64,000 nt of DNA from Octopus vulgaris (GCA_951406725.2 OX597834.1:62001-126000), one strand, 5' to 3'. Positions 40,874 to 53,862 are shown, numbered from the stretch's first letter. Notes: generated from the sequence alone by a model not told the origin. A program made the numbers and translations.

Positions 40874-42538
40874 GATGGTGGTGATTATGATATGAATTAA
40901 ACATTTTGTGTGATGTCTGTCTTTTATCAAGAACCATAGCCAGAGATTCATCTGAAAGTTAGAATATAAACATCTATATGAAAGTATACCCTGTTCAATT
41001 ATATCCAAGTTGCTTGCTGTTCGGTTGGAAAGATCTCTGAAAAGGAGACAATATACAATTCCAATGTAATAACAGAACAATAAACTAGAGTTGATGAACT
41101 AAAGTCACTAGATTAATTAACACTATTTCTTGTCTCAACAAGATTATAATTATTTAATCACTCTTTTCATTTTTCTTTTCTTCTCCCTCTCTTTTTCTTT
41201 TTTTTTGTAATCTATTTTTCTGGTGTCTTTCTTTAGATGAACCCTTTTGATAATGAGAAAAACTGCAAGCTCTCCAGCCAAGATGGCAGCTCTAGAGATC
41301 TGGGACACAATGGACAAAACCTTTGTGTAGTTTTGTAGTGTAGTAAATTTTGAGGAGGAGATGTGACGTCTAAGTCTTGATTGGAGTTGTTAAATGATAA
41401 TTCAGGAACTAGAGACTTAGATTTCTTAAGACAAGAAATGTTATTATTCACTAAGTTACTTGTATTCTCCTTAGTTTAGAAATATTGTTCCAAGTTCAAA
41501 TTCTAGTTTGGCAAATGTTTCTATTTACTATTTATTGGCATACACAAGAATCACAGGTTTCCTTAGAGTCTGCTATTTTGTTTTGTTCACCAAATATTAA
41601 TAGAAACTTAATCTTCAGAATGGTAAATGTATGTGTGTGTGTGTGTGGGGGGGTAGTGAGATTGTAGCATGACCACAGAGATACCTTAGTAGATTAATGT
41701 AAAGTTTAAAACCAACAACAGCATCGGAACATACAATAATGTCTCTAAAGATTTGCCATGAGTTTCTTTCATCAGAAAAACAATGAGAATTTCATTCCAA
41801 TTCTTTATCAGAGACAGAAAAAGAAATATTTATAACTAGGGAGGCAGTTATTAAGTGAACTTTTAAATTTCAGATTGAGAAATTATATCTATCTATCTAA
41901 TATAAATATAATTTTAATACAAGATGGCTTTCATCCAAATCACTATAAGTGCCATAAAGTTATTACCAGCTGATATATAAATATATATATATACATGTGT
42001 GTATATATATATATCAGTTGAATAAAGTTACAATGTGGTCTGGTTTCCACATTTTTTATTATTGTATATTTAAAAAAAAATTTTTTTTACAATGCTGAAG
42101 TGTGTTAAACATTAAGAAAATATTTTGTAATGTTCATAAAATTCAATTAGTGCTTTGATACATTCATAGTAATCATCAGATTCACATCAGATTTCAAAAT
42201 GTATTTAACTGACAGCTGAGTTCTTAACAACTGTAGTAAAATGACTGACTTCTTCCTTTTCATAACTTTTAGAAGGCTCCGGATCTAGCTGAAGATCATT
42301 TGAAGGCTACAGCATTCTACCATAAAATGCCCTCAAATATTGACTGCTGCAATATGAAGAAACTCAATTATTTAGTCTTAAAACATTACAACTCCTAATG
42401 AAAGGGACTATATTACCAATTTTGAGTTGAAAATTAGCAACTTCTATGGCTTACCCAAAACACGCAAGTCAAAAGAAATACAAAATGCTATAAAGGAACA
42501 AGGTAGTGAATACATAAAACTACTACAACCAAAAGACC

Positions 42539-43121
42539 TTTTCTTGCTATAGTTCTAAGTAAAACACCCCTCCCCCCTTATGAGTTTCAATTAAATTCTA
42601 AAATCATCAAAATTTAGACAGGCTTCATTAAACAACATATTGATGTGATTTTTGAAACACAATTGAAAAAAAGGTTCTTAATCAATTCTTTTGTCTCAAA
42701 GAGATGAATTCCAGGTAAATATATGTAAACCATAAGCTATCTTTTTTCTCGGTTTGTTTACTTTCTGTGTGACTGTTTGTTTCCATAGTGATTGCTTCAA
42801 ACAAGCTTACATTTGCTTGATTTCTCCTCATTTTCTGTTGAAAAGCCCTCTAATCCAGAATCACTGCTTGATAGCATGAAACTGTTATCCATTTTAAAAG
42901 TTGAAAAAAAATATCGACAAAGAAAAAATATGGGAAAAAAATCTCCCAAAATTCACACAACTCAGATAGCACACCAAACAATGTCAGATACTGTAACTTG
43001 ACTATTTACAAAGTGAAATCAAGTGTTTTCATGTATGTTCTAACAAGATTTGTGCTGAAATTCACATTTAAATATCGATGGGTTCACTTGGCCGGCTTCG
43101 GATTGGTAATGAAAAGGTTAA
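42539..43121. mobile_element. Non-autonomous TTAA-specific insertion inside the Penelope RT
   Basis: Splits the reading KDL|KLRP at a TTAA. Right end gtaatgaaaaggttaa resembles the MITE at 44071; left end is degraded. Confidence 0.55.
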
Positions 43122-44070
43122 ACTAAGACCCATTTTACCAGTCCTACACATCTGAGCAACCTCACTGACATTTCTTAAAACCACTATGTAGTCACACACC
43201 CAGTTTCATTCAGGATGACATCAATTTCCTGTCACATCTGCCCAAAAGAACAGAATCCAATTCACTTAGTTTTGATGATTTGGGAATTACTGCCAGAAAA
43301 TATTGGGTCAAGAAACATGGAGGAATGGTCCCCAGTAGATTTACTGCAACCTTCATACTGGGGGCAGTCAGCCTCATCCCCGTAAACAATATATTCCTTT
43401 TCAATGGAAAAAAAACTACCTCCATATTCGAGGCACAGCTATAGGGACACGATTTGATCCAGTTTTCGCAAGCTCAGCATTGAAATATTTGGAACAAAAC
43501 CTTTATCAAAAAATTGAAGAAAACTAAGGCATGACCTTGATGATTGTTTCCTAATTTGGAGCAAATCCCTAGAAAATCTGGAAGAATTCAGCACCCTCCT
43601 CAACAATCAACACCCTCCTCAACAATCAACACCCTAGTCTCAATTTTACAAAAGAAATCAGCAACACACAATTACCATTTCTTGATATAATGGTAATTAA
43701 AACAACCCCACAATCACAACTGGTATTTATTACAAAGGCACAGATACACATCAGTACCTAAATTTCAAATTATTCCACCCAACACACACAAAATGCAACT
43801 CAAAAGATTTCTGCTGAAGCAAAATTACCCTTTCCTACTTATAGCAAATGGCATACAATGAGCAAAACTACTTCGGGCAATACAAAAAAGACAAAGCCAT
43901 CAACAGAACAGAAGACCATTTCGTATAACACACAATTCGCATCACCAAAACATTTTAACATCATCAAAACAAATTTGCAAATTATAAAAGAAAGTGAAAA
44001 ATTAAGAAACATAATAACTAATCAAACACTTATCTTAAGCAAAAGGTAACCACATAACCGAAAGAAACTA

Positions 44071-44281
44071 TTAACCCTTTCGTTACCAACCCGCCTGAAA
44101 CCGACTTGTTTTGTTTTCATAAGTTTTGAATGAAAATCTTCCACCAAAGCTTAGTCATAATTAATGTTCCTAACACTAGCTTAATGATAAATGAGATATT
44201 TTATTAAATTCTTTGTTATTTTTAAAATAATTGAGAGAAACACAGAGAATCTCAAAATAAATACAGTAATGAAAGGGTTAA
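44071..44281. mobile_element. piggyBac-type MITE nested in the Penelope element
   Basis: ttaaccctttcgttac ... gtaatgaaagggttaa, with a TTAA duplication. Confidence 0.85.
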
Positions 44282-45644
44282 GAAACACAAAATTCAATAT
44301 GAAGAAACAGGAAAAAAACATTCACATTATACAAGTAAAATGATAACAGATGTGGAATATGTCAATACATGCATACTGGTAGATCCATTAGAACCAAAAA
44401 ATGGGCAGATTTTACACAAATGCAGATGTGAACTGCAAAAGCAGAAATTTGATCTACTGCATTAAATGCCCTAATTGTGAGGAACTATATATTGGCAAGA
44501 CGGAACACATTATCGGAATGCTCATGAGTCCACAGACAACAAATCCGGGACACTAATGTTCGCCAAATTCCATTGAGCAAACATTTAGAAACATGTGGTC
44601 AGAAAATGTTTCTAATTTTTCTTTTCCACAAACTACGTGACACAAATGAGGTTGGAAGAAAGATAAAAGAAAAATGGTTTATTAAAATGTTCAGATCTGT
44701 TGTGAATGGAAATAACAACAATAATGTAACAACCAGCGAATGATGTGGATTGAAAAAATATCTTTAACATATGAGTAAAAACAAATTAGAGAAGGCTTCC
44801 ACTGATTGAAATGAAAATGATCGAAACCAACCAAGTTTGCTCACTCATAAAACCATTACATGTAAACTGCAAGGTAACTGGTTTAAATAAAGGCGGGATT
44901 TATGCCAGTAATATCAGTGCGCTTGGCAAACCATGATGCATGCTGATTGGTCAAAACCATATTCGAAAAATTCAGCTTGTCGGAGCCTTCCAAAAGGTAT
45001 GAAAAGGAAGAAGTCAGTCATTTTACTACAGTTGTCAAGAACTCAGCTGTCAGTTAAATACATTTTGAAATCTGATGATTACTACGAGTGTATGAAAGTG
45101 CTGGTTTGAACTTTATGAACATTAAAAAATATTTTTTTCATATTTAACACGCTTCAACATAAAAAAAAAATTTTTAAATACAATAATAAAAAATGTAACT
45201 TTATTCAACTGATATATTATTCTATACACATTTACACAAATTTGGAAAATATATATATATATATATACATATATATAATAGTGAGTAGAAAATGCTACAT
45301 TATCATTAGAATTCTTATTTTTATCACACACAAACATACACTTATTCAACAGAAGCTGCTGGATCATGCTTCCACTTTCTTTCACAAGACACAAACCTAT
45401 GTTTATTTTAATGATGGACACTTTAAATATGAAAATGTCCTCTGTGTGTTTACTTGAGGATACAGTTGACTAATTTTCTACTTTACAAGTTTCATATTTC
45501 ACCAATTATATATTCGACTCATTTCAGTTGTAAATTGAAGTAAAAAATTGTGTAAATTAGATCAAAGTAACTGAGGGAAAGTTTTAATCTGAAAGATAAA
45601 AATTGTAATATTAAAGCAAAGTTGTATAACGATAATTGACTCAC

Positions 45645-45960
45645 CTCCTCTGTGTTTCCTGTGTCTTTCATGTTCTGCTATAGAATGTGCTTGATCAACT
45701 ATATTTGAAACAGCAGATGCGAACCCCACGTCTAATCCTCTACGTGGAGACACAGAACGTCGATGCATACTCGGCGATGCCATTGGGGAACCAAGAGGAC
45801 TCTGAGGAGGCAATGGAGAACGAGGTGATACCGGTGAAAGAGGCACTGCTGTATGTGTAAAAAGTAACCCTTTACTAGAACCCGTTCCAGGTCTAGGAGC
45901 AGGAATATGGGCTGCGTGTTCGGGCCTCAGTCCCCATGAAAAGTCCTGCTTCTCAGAGGG
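45645..45960 (-). CDS. cac: Cav2 C-terminal tail exon (316 nt, phase 0 to 1)
   Basis: Acceptor ctatttcag|CCC and donor GAG|gtgagt. Open frame PSEKQDFSWGLRPE...SPRRGLDVGFASAVSNIVDQAHSIAEHERHRKHRG. Its end phase matches the terminal exon. Confidence 0.88.
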
Positions 45961-46483
45961 CTGAAATAGCGTAGTATTGGAAGAATTAATGTGAGATTTA
46001 GTTATCAAATTTCATTACAAAGTTGCCTGACATCCAATAGTACCTTTATGAAAATTTCCGCATCTCACCATCTCTCTCCTGTCCCAAAATTTAGGATTCC
46101 CACCCTAAGATGTGTAAGTACGCATGTGAAAATTTGACAGTTCCACTGATATGTTACTCAGACCAAATGACCCTTTAATTTTATAAAATTTTAAAAAATC
46201 TGGGACTGCTAAATGTTTTTCTCCCAGTTTAATTTATATAAATAGTTAAAGTATTGGATTCACATTTAAAATAACAAAATGAATAAGAATAATTGGGAGG
46301 GAGGGAGTAGAGGAAGCTAAGCATAAATAAGAGGAGGGTGACAGCAGAAAAGGCATAAAGGTATGGATAGAAAAGCATTGGCAGGTAGTCAATATCAAAA
46401 CATTCAATAGAAGCCAGAGCAAAAGAAAGGTTCTTTATACATTTAGACACACAAACCTCAAACATACAAATACATACAAACTT

Positions 46484-46525
<42 letters not shown>

Positions 46526-46813
46526 CAGTGGCAGACTTGCCAGGTTGCCTGATAGCAAGTGGGCCTCTGCACCATTAGAATCTATATATGGGGGCCCATG
46601 TTAGTTACTTAAGGGGCCCATCCCCTCAAGTTTGAGAATTTTTTTATTAATTCCTGGAAGAATGCATTAATTATTTCAGCCTGGCTGTGTTTGTAGACAG
46701 GTGAAAAGAATACTTTTAACAAAAAAAAAAAAAATTAAATGATAGTATTGTAGTTGCGGGTGGGCCCCCTTAGTTTCCTGGCAACCAATATTTTTAGACC
46801 CAGTCTGCCACTG
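46526..46813. mobile_element. hAT-like MITE
   Basis: Perfect 12-bp TIRs CAGTGGCAGACT / AGTCTGCCACTG. 8-bp flanks tatatata / tatgtata; internal gggcccc motifs. Confidence 0.8.
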
Positions 46814-47554
46814 TATGTATAAACTTAGGTAGCATGATGTAATTATTAGTAATGTCTAATTTAGTAAGACAGCCCATCTTGATTCATTGTATATGAAGAC
46901 TGACAAAGGATAAACTTTAAGCAGTGTACCATTGATAATTTTCAGTCCTAAACATAAAAATACTTTGCATTATCAAGCAACAATATGGATCCATTATGTG
47001 TATCGTAAAAATAAAACTGCTTTTGTATTATCATTTAGTGAGAGGTAAATAAATCATTGCTTAACATGAAATCCTATTTTGATTTGATGGGCATCAATAA
47101 ACACAAGAAATATGAATAAATCAGTTTTAAGTAATAACATTTCTTTCTATAGTAAATGTAAATGTGTATTAAAATAGCAGGTTATCTCTGAAATACAGGA
47201 GAGATCCACCCTAACATAAATGAAAGCTATTGTATCGATGTACTTAATTAAGAATGACAATTATAGCATTGTGAAGTCTTCATTAATATATTTTGATAAA
47301 CAAGAGATTTCTGAGTGGACACCTCGCCTACAATTTGTTATTTGTTAAATATAGAATTTTTAGAAACGAGTGCAAGTGTTTGAGGGTATGTATAAATACA
47401 TACATATATGTATGTGTGCGTGGATGCGTGTGCATGTACGTGTATATGTAAAGACATACATGTGTGCATGTGTATAAAAGGAAAAATTAATTTTTTATGC
47501 ATATATACACATGTATGCATGTGTGCATACATATGTGCTATGTGCATGTGAGTG

Positions 47555-47585
<31 letters not shown>

Positions 47586-47857
47586 GCACAATCATCATCA
47601 TCATTTTTTAATGTCCTCCTGTCATGCTAGCATGGGTAGGACAATGACGATATATATATACACACATATGTACACACACACTTACATACACAAATATATG
47701 TGTGCATGTGCAACACACAGGTATAGTAATGTAAAAATAACCCATTAAAATAATGTAAGTATAATCTCACTAATTAAACTAAAGACAGAAAATATGCAAA
47801 TGAAGCACATTTGCATAAAATTTGCTTTCATTAAAATTGATGTTTATCTCTTGTAAA

Positions 47858-47904
<47 letters not shown>

Positions 47905-48220
47905 TGATGCTAATTAGAATAATGCTTGTGAACATGAATTATTCATATTTGAATGCAAGTTCTGTGCTACTAATTACATTAAAAGACTTCTCTAACATAA
48001 CTGATATGACCAACAGTTTGAGAGGTGAAGAAGACTCAATAATTACAAGTGTAAACATCATTAACTAGTTCTCTATTCATTTCAATAAAGAATCTCAAAG
48101 ATTTGTGTTTAATCTATTATTTTATCAGGAAAAGAAAACATTTAAAAGCTATTTAGCTTTGATTGTGTTCCTCGCTGCATAGTAAAGAAGTTATATTTTG
48201 TGGTTTATGGAAAGAAAAAG

Positions 48221-48304
<84 letters not shown>

Positions 48305-49773
48305 AGGAAAAGATGAAGAGAAGAAATGATATTTAATTCTTGAAATTTTAAGTTTGAATGTGGAACTAAAGAAACCAAAACATAATTAAACTGAATAAAA
48401 ACAATTAAAAATATGAAATACTAAATAAATTGTTTCTTGATTATAAATTTGTTTTGATGTCATTAAATGTTTTGAGATTTTTGAGAAAGAAAATATTCAT
48501 ACCACTAACAACTTTCTAAATTTGAAAGTAAATTTGTTATAAAATTTTAAATTGAAACTACACAATCTGAAGTAAGTTGAACAGGTTTAAACCAGTTAAA
48601 ACCGATTTGTAAACTTGAAATTGAAGTTGAGCTTCAAAATTCAGTAATCTTGTGATCAAGTAATTAAAGTTTTATTGTATTCAATGAGTTTGGGAGTTAG
48701 TGGCATTCATACCTCTCCAGAGGACATAAGGGAACTAAATGAAATAGTTACATACAAGAAGTGGAAATCTGTGCTGAAGGTCACCAGTAGTTAATTATCT
48801 CTAATTAACTGTCTTAAGCTTCTCCATTATATTATTCTAATGACTATCTATGTCTGCTTATGTAGTTGAAAGTGTATGAAATAATGATAGAATGCTACAG
48901 AGGCATAAAGTTTGATAGAAAGGGGTAGAGACTACCTGTGACCCATTGGATCACTGGGAAAGTCTGAGTTTCCCAGCAATGGAGTTTTGTTTTGTGAGGT
49001 ATATTTTTCTTTTCCAGGATATTTTGCATGCTTTCTACGAATGTGACATCAAAATCATACATAAGCAGCTCCTTTCTGCAGAAAAGGAAAGATTTGGCTG
49101 CTATTTCTTGTATGCCCAACTACCATATAACAGGTATTGTGGGTCCTTTATCGCAAATAGCAGTTACATGGTATCAGGGCATGCTAAAAATACCAGCCAA
49201 ATCTTTGGAAGTGTGATATGTTGAATGCACTCGAAAAAAACCTATGGAAAATATTATTTCACACTGAGGTTATGGATGGGTCTTTTACAAAATATGTATG
49301 CCAAAAAGAATTTTTGTAATGGTATTCACTTGAAAAGAATTTTAAAAACCATTAAAATATTGTCTGTTTAAAGAAAGCTAAAATATAAATATTTTTTTTG
49401 TACAAACAACTTACATTTTTGAAATCACATTCACTTAAAAATATTTCTAAATGATTAAAATATTGTGTTTAACAAAAAGCTAAAATAGAAACATTTTTTG
49501 TTGTCAAAGTCAATGTATAATCGAAAGGTAAGAGTTACTTCCCTTCTAGGATTTTGGAAACTTATCCCCATTAAGCACCGTTTTGGGTATTCATTCTCTG
49601 AAAACCCTTAATACCTTTACAACTACTTATGCAATTTACGCAAAATTTATTTCATTCCGTTCATATTTACATTTCAGGGGAACATAATTCATAGTATTTT
49701 CCCATTATGCACCAGATTGCCTGAGTAACATTGCAAGCAAGCAAGATTCAATCTGACTTTTAAGGTATTATAG

Positions 49774-49854
<81 letters not shown>

Positions 49855-50711
49855 AGAGAGCTATTTAGCTAGAGAGACAGGTAGAGATAATTAGATAAAG
49901 AAAAATAGAAAATGAGAGGAAGAGGAAATAGATAGATAAAACAACTGAGTTAGAGAGAGATACAGAAAAGGATAAAAAGGGAGAAGAAGGAAGAATAAAT
50001 GTTTATACAAAGCCTTTGTTTGCACCCAGTTAAATGAACAGGTTTCATTAAAACATCTAGAAATTTGGATATAAAAGAAGTTGCAGACAATAGACTGAAG
50101 TTGTGTTATGTAATAAAAAGTGCCAAGGATAATCTGAGTTAAGCCTACATCAGTAATGTTTGATGTTAATCCAAGTAAATAATTCAGGGCTAAGCCATGA
50201 GCAACAATGATTTTCATGGTATGATGGGAGAGATAGCAAGCTGATATTTTGGATATTAGTCCTTCATCAAGACAGAAGGAATGTGTAAGGAAGGTAAAAA
50301 CACAATGTGTTCTTTAGAGTGTTGTGCCATACTGAACAAACATTGTGCTTTCAATTTTATTTTTCTCTTTCCATTCTTGCTTCTGTCCTGAAAAAGGATC
50401 ATTGTCCAAAATGTCAACTTCCTTTGTCTTCTTTCTCAGTATTTAAAAATACATTGATTTGTTTGTTGTTGCTCATATTCTCCTTGCCTGAAGCTGTGTT
50501 AATTTAGCTAAAATAAAATAAAAGACTTGTTTCTAAATTTTGAAAAGCCACAGAAATAAAGCTCATCTTCATTTCTCAAAGTATGAAATTGATGAGGAAT
50601 AATTTTTACACCTTGATAAGATGCCAGTCCATCACAAATAGTAGTAGCAGCAGCTGTTGTTGTTTAGTAAGTAGGTTACTCCTTTAAATATATGGTCAAT
50701 AATTGTTTATA

Positions 50712-51874
50712 ATTTATATTATACTAAAACTCAAAGTTTGTCTGTTTTCCTACCCATTGATTACAATGATAAAGATTACAAATAAAAGAGTCAGTCCCCA
50801 CTTTAAGAAAAAAAAAATCAAGTTGAAAATGTTGATTTGTGACAATACTTGCAAGAGTTGTCGCAGCTTCCACTGTCAGACCATTTTTCTTACTTTCTTT
50901 TTTTTCACCTTATTCATTTATACAACTTTTGCAGTATTATGGATTGAAAGATAGAAATTTTCCCTATATTTTTATGAGATATTTTTTTAATCATGGGCAC
51001 TTGATTTTTTTTTGAAAGGGGAAAATTATTATTTTATTCAAAATAAAATATCAATCTTTATCATCTTAATCAAAAGGCAGAAAAACAGACGAAGATCAAT
51101 TGCAATGGGTGAAGGCCATTTGAACATTTTCAAAGAAGAAACACTTCTTCATGTTTATGTTGCCACACCAAAGGCAGGAGAACTGTGCTATTTGACAATT
51201 CTGTTGCAAGAAGTTCGAAATAGTATTTTTTCCATAAGAATGGAAAAAAACGAACAACAAGTGGGTTGTACTTTATAATGGAAACCTTCGAAGAGCGTTC
51301 AAATGCCATGGCAACATTCAAATCAGTGCCTCACTGAGGTCAATTAAGTACGTCATCAAGTACAAGGAAATGACCAAGCTGCTGTTCAGATAAACGAAGA
51401 TAATGAAGTTAGTCAATATCTAATGGGTCGGTATATTGGACCATCCAAAGCAGTTGCATCCATTTTAGGATTTTCATCTCATGAAAGAGCACCTGAAATA
51501 GCGAGACTGCAAGCTCATCTACCGGATTCACAGAGAATGTTGCTCAGAAATTATGAGGATAAATATGGCTGTCAATGAATGCCATACGAGGAGGACATTG
51601 ACACAATTCGCTACTTTATGTTGAAGTAGCCATGGAGTTCACTTGGAACAGTAGGAACAAAGAATGGCAAAGAAGAAAGTGAGGAAAGAAGGTGAAGGCC
51701 ATCTGAACATTTTCAAAGAAGAAACAATTGGTCATGTACACCAAAGGCAGGGGAACGGTGCTATTTAAGAATTCTGTTGCATGAAGTTTGAAATAGTATC
51801 TTTTCCTTTGCAGCTGTGCATCAACATTTTCAACTTGGAGTGGTTGTGAACCAACGGGTCACAGGTACATCTAG
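50712..51874 (+). mobile_element. Internally deleted Helitron with Rep/Hel remnants
   Basis: SIKYVIKY..GNDQA...EVSQYLMGRYIGPSKAV..ILGF..HER..I.RL..HL...QR and P.AGE.CYL.ILL.EV motifs. 3' hairpin gtgaacc-aac-gggtcac then CTAG|T at 51871-51875. The 5' end is approximate. Confidence 0.8.
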
Positions 51875-52931
51875 TTAATTACACTATCAATTAACCTCAC
51901 TTTCTGGACTTCACTCTATATAGTTACAAGCATTCAGTGTAGTTACAAGACAGCCAGCAGAACATGGTAGAAACTATTCTTATGCTGTTGAAACCGCATA
52001 ATCCCCCCAAAACATACAGAGTTGTTCCCCTTTCTTGTTAGGCCTAACCATTAATGGTAACCAACCGTTTAATATATTCCCTTTTCACTGCATTCAATTT
52101 TACTTTGGTTATTTTTCAGGCTAAATCATCTTGTTATTATTTAATAAAGAATTATATTTTGCCGTTGAGGACTGAGAAGTGTAGAAATTTAGAGTTGATT
52201 CTGCAGAAATCACTAATTTAGTGCTAATGTTGTTTTAGGTGGAAAGAATGGCGAATGCTCATGTGGACCCTTAAACTATGGCATAAATCTGAGATGCCTA
52301 TTTGGAATTATGTAGTAATCTGTGGGATCTCTTAATTTTGAAAACTGAAGTTCACTAAACAAATAAATAAATAAATAAATAAAATAAATAAATAAATCTT
52401 TACACATTCAGAATCAAGATATGATGAGGTTGCCATTTTGTGACTTTTTTTTTTCATGTCTGTTTTCAGGATAATTTTACAGTTTAAAATCTAACAAAGT
52501 ATGACTTTTAACAGTTGGATTGTCTGAGCACTTGCTTGGTGTTCAGGCAAGCTTCTAAGTAAGGAAAATGAATAGTTCTGTATTATAAGCAGGAACATGC
52601 AGTGAGGTGACAGGTAGCAGTAAACATTGAAGAGATTTAGGTGGAAGTCGAACAAGGAATATTTTGGGTGCCATTTCAGGACTCAAGACACAGTGTTTGC
52701 TTTATCATTTTTTTCTTTTAATCTGGGATAGCAGCATAGACATGGTCAGATGTTAATTAGCATTTAAATGAGCATGCTAATTAACAAGTATAAGAGTAGA
52801 CATGACTGACCATAGTAAGGCATGACAGGAACCATAACCCAAAGAAAATCATTTAGCCAACCACTTAGTCCATCTCTTCATCCACTCGAAGGAAAATAGA
52901 GGTGGGGATAATAATAATAATAATAATAATG

Positions 52932-52970
<39 letters not shown>

Positions 52971-53216
52971 GTAATAATAATAATAATAAAATGCATTTCC
53001 AGCACAACAAGCTACCACAGAGACAAAACAGCTGGAGTACATACAGGGGATTGCTTACAGGGGTGAAGGGAAGAGAAGAAGAGGACAAAAAATGAAGGAG
53101 GGGAATAAAAAATACCAACTGACAAGTGAAAGGCTGGTAGGAAAGAAGAGTGGGTGCAAAACACAGTTTTGATGAAGTTGGCTCAGAATTCAGGGAGAGC
53201 CATTCCAAATGCTTAC

Positions 53217-53342
53217 TTCATCTTTGTTGAGTTTAGTCATGGAAGCTGTGATTTGATTTGCTGCTATGGAGAGAAGGGCGTTATCAACACTGGCCTCACT
53301 TCCAATTGAGGTTCGTCGTCCAACATCCTTCATTTCAATGCT
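53217..53342 (-). CDS. cac: Cav2 C-terminal tail exon (126 nt, phase 0 to 0)
   Basis: Acceptor ttttgccttgtag| and donor GAA|gtaagc. Reads SIEMKDVGRRTSIGSEASVDNALLSIAANQITASMTKLNKDE, resembling vertebrate Cav2.1 SVEMREMG...RAASMPRL. Not in the ORF track. Confidence 0.85.
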
Positions 53343-53825
53343 CTACAAGGCAAAAGGTAGGTCATGAAAAAGGATTCCCTTGACTCTGCAAGTTTTTTGT
53401 TGAACCAAATTACTCTAAATTTTGCTTGAAGACCTAAACTTTTCTCTCTCTCCTCACTCAGTTCCTTAGTTCCCTATCTACTGTGGAAATATAAGTTGGA
53501 AAACAAACATTTCAGATCCGCCTTTTCAAGTTAAACAAAATATTGTTTTTCTTTTTAAAAAAAAAGAACATATACAAAATACAGAAAATACTTGAATAAT
53601 AAAATAATTTAGGGATACTTTAAGAAAAACAAAACAAAAAGGAAAAAATGGACATAAAACAAAAATTTTTTTAACTAATTTTTGAAAATTCAACCACAGT
53701 AGATAGAACTAAAGATTGCATTCATAAAAAACTAAATTGAAAATATTCTGTCAAAAAATTTTAAAGCTTTTTGGTATATATGTATACACACAAACACACA
53801 CATACACAGATACACACACACACAG

Positions 53826-53862
<37 letters not shown>

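Larger units (their letters stand above)
42011..45216 (+). mobile_element. Penelope-like retroelement (RT + GIY-YIG) with inverted pseudo-LTRs
   Basis: SNFYGLPK, KLRPI, GTA(I)GTRF, DDCFLIW, LPFLDI, YYK.TDTHQYL and NLIYCIKCPNCEELYIGKT. 42011-42281 is the reverse complement of 44981-45216. Confidence 0.9.

Noticed and set aside
40797-40951. Minus-strand acceptor giving a poly-His tail ending VTEL* in the Cav2 frame
   Set aside because: The His run is a (CAT)n microsatellite and the end is a reversed SINE tail, so it is probably chance. It also shows that PDZ-like endings can arise randomly.
41233-41470. 72-aa minus-strand ORF in the last Cav2 intron
   Set aside because: The nearest acceptor is in the wrong phase for the 45645 donor (gives GEYK*); no good donor and no recognisable homology.
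48713-48734. 22-nt minus-strand microexon (catttag|...GAG|gtatga)
   Set aside because: It frameshifts and would stop early in the next exon as an NMD target; such site pairs are expected by chance.
53059-53118. 60-nt in-frame pseudo-exon LVFFIPLLHFLSSSSLPFTP with gtaagc donor
   Set aside because: Low-complexity pyrimidine sequence, only about 100 nt from the real exon; no motif support.
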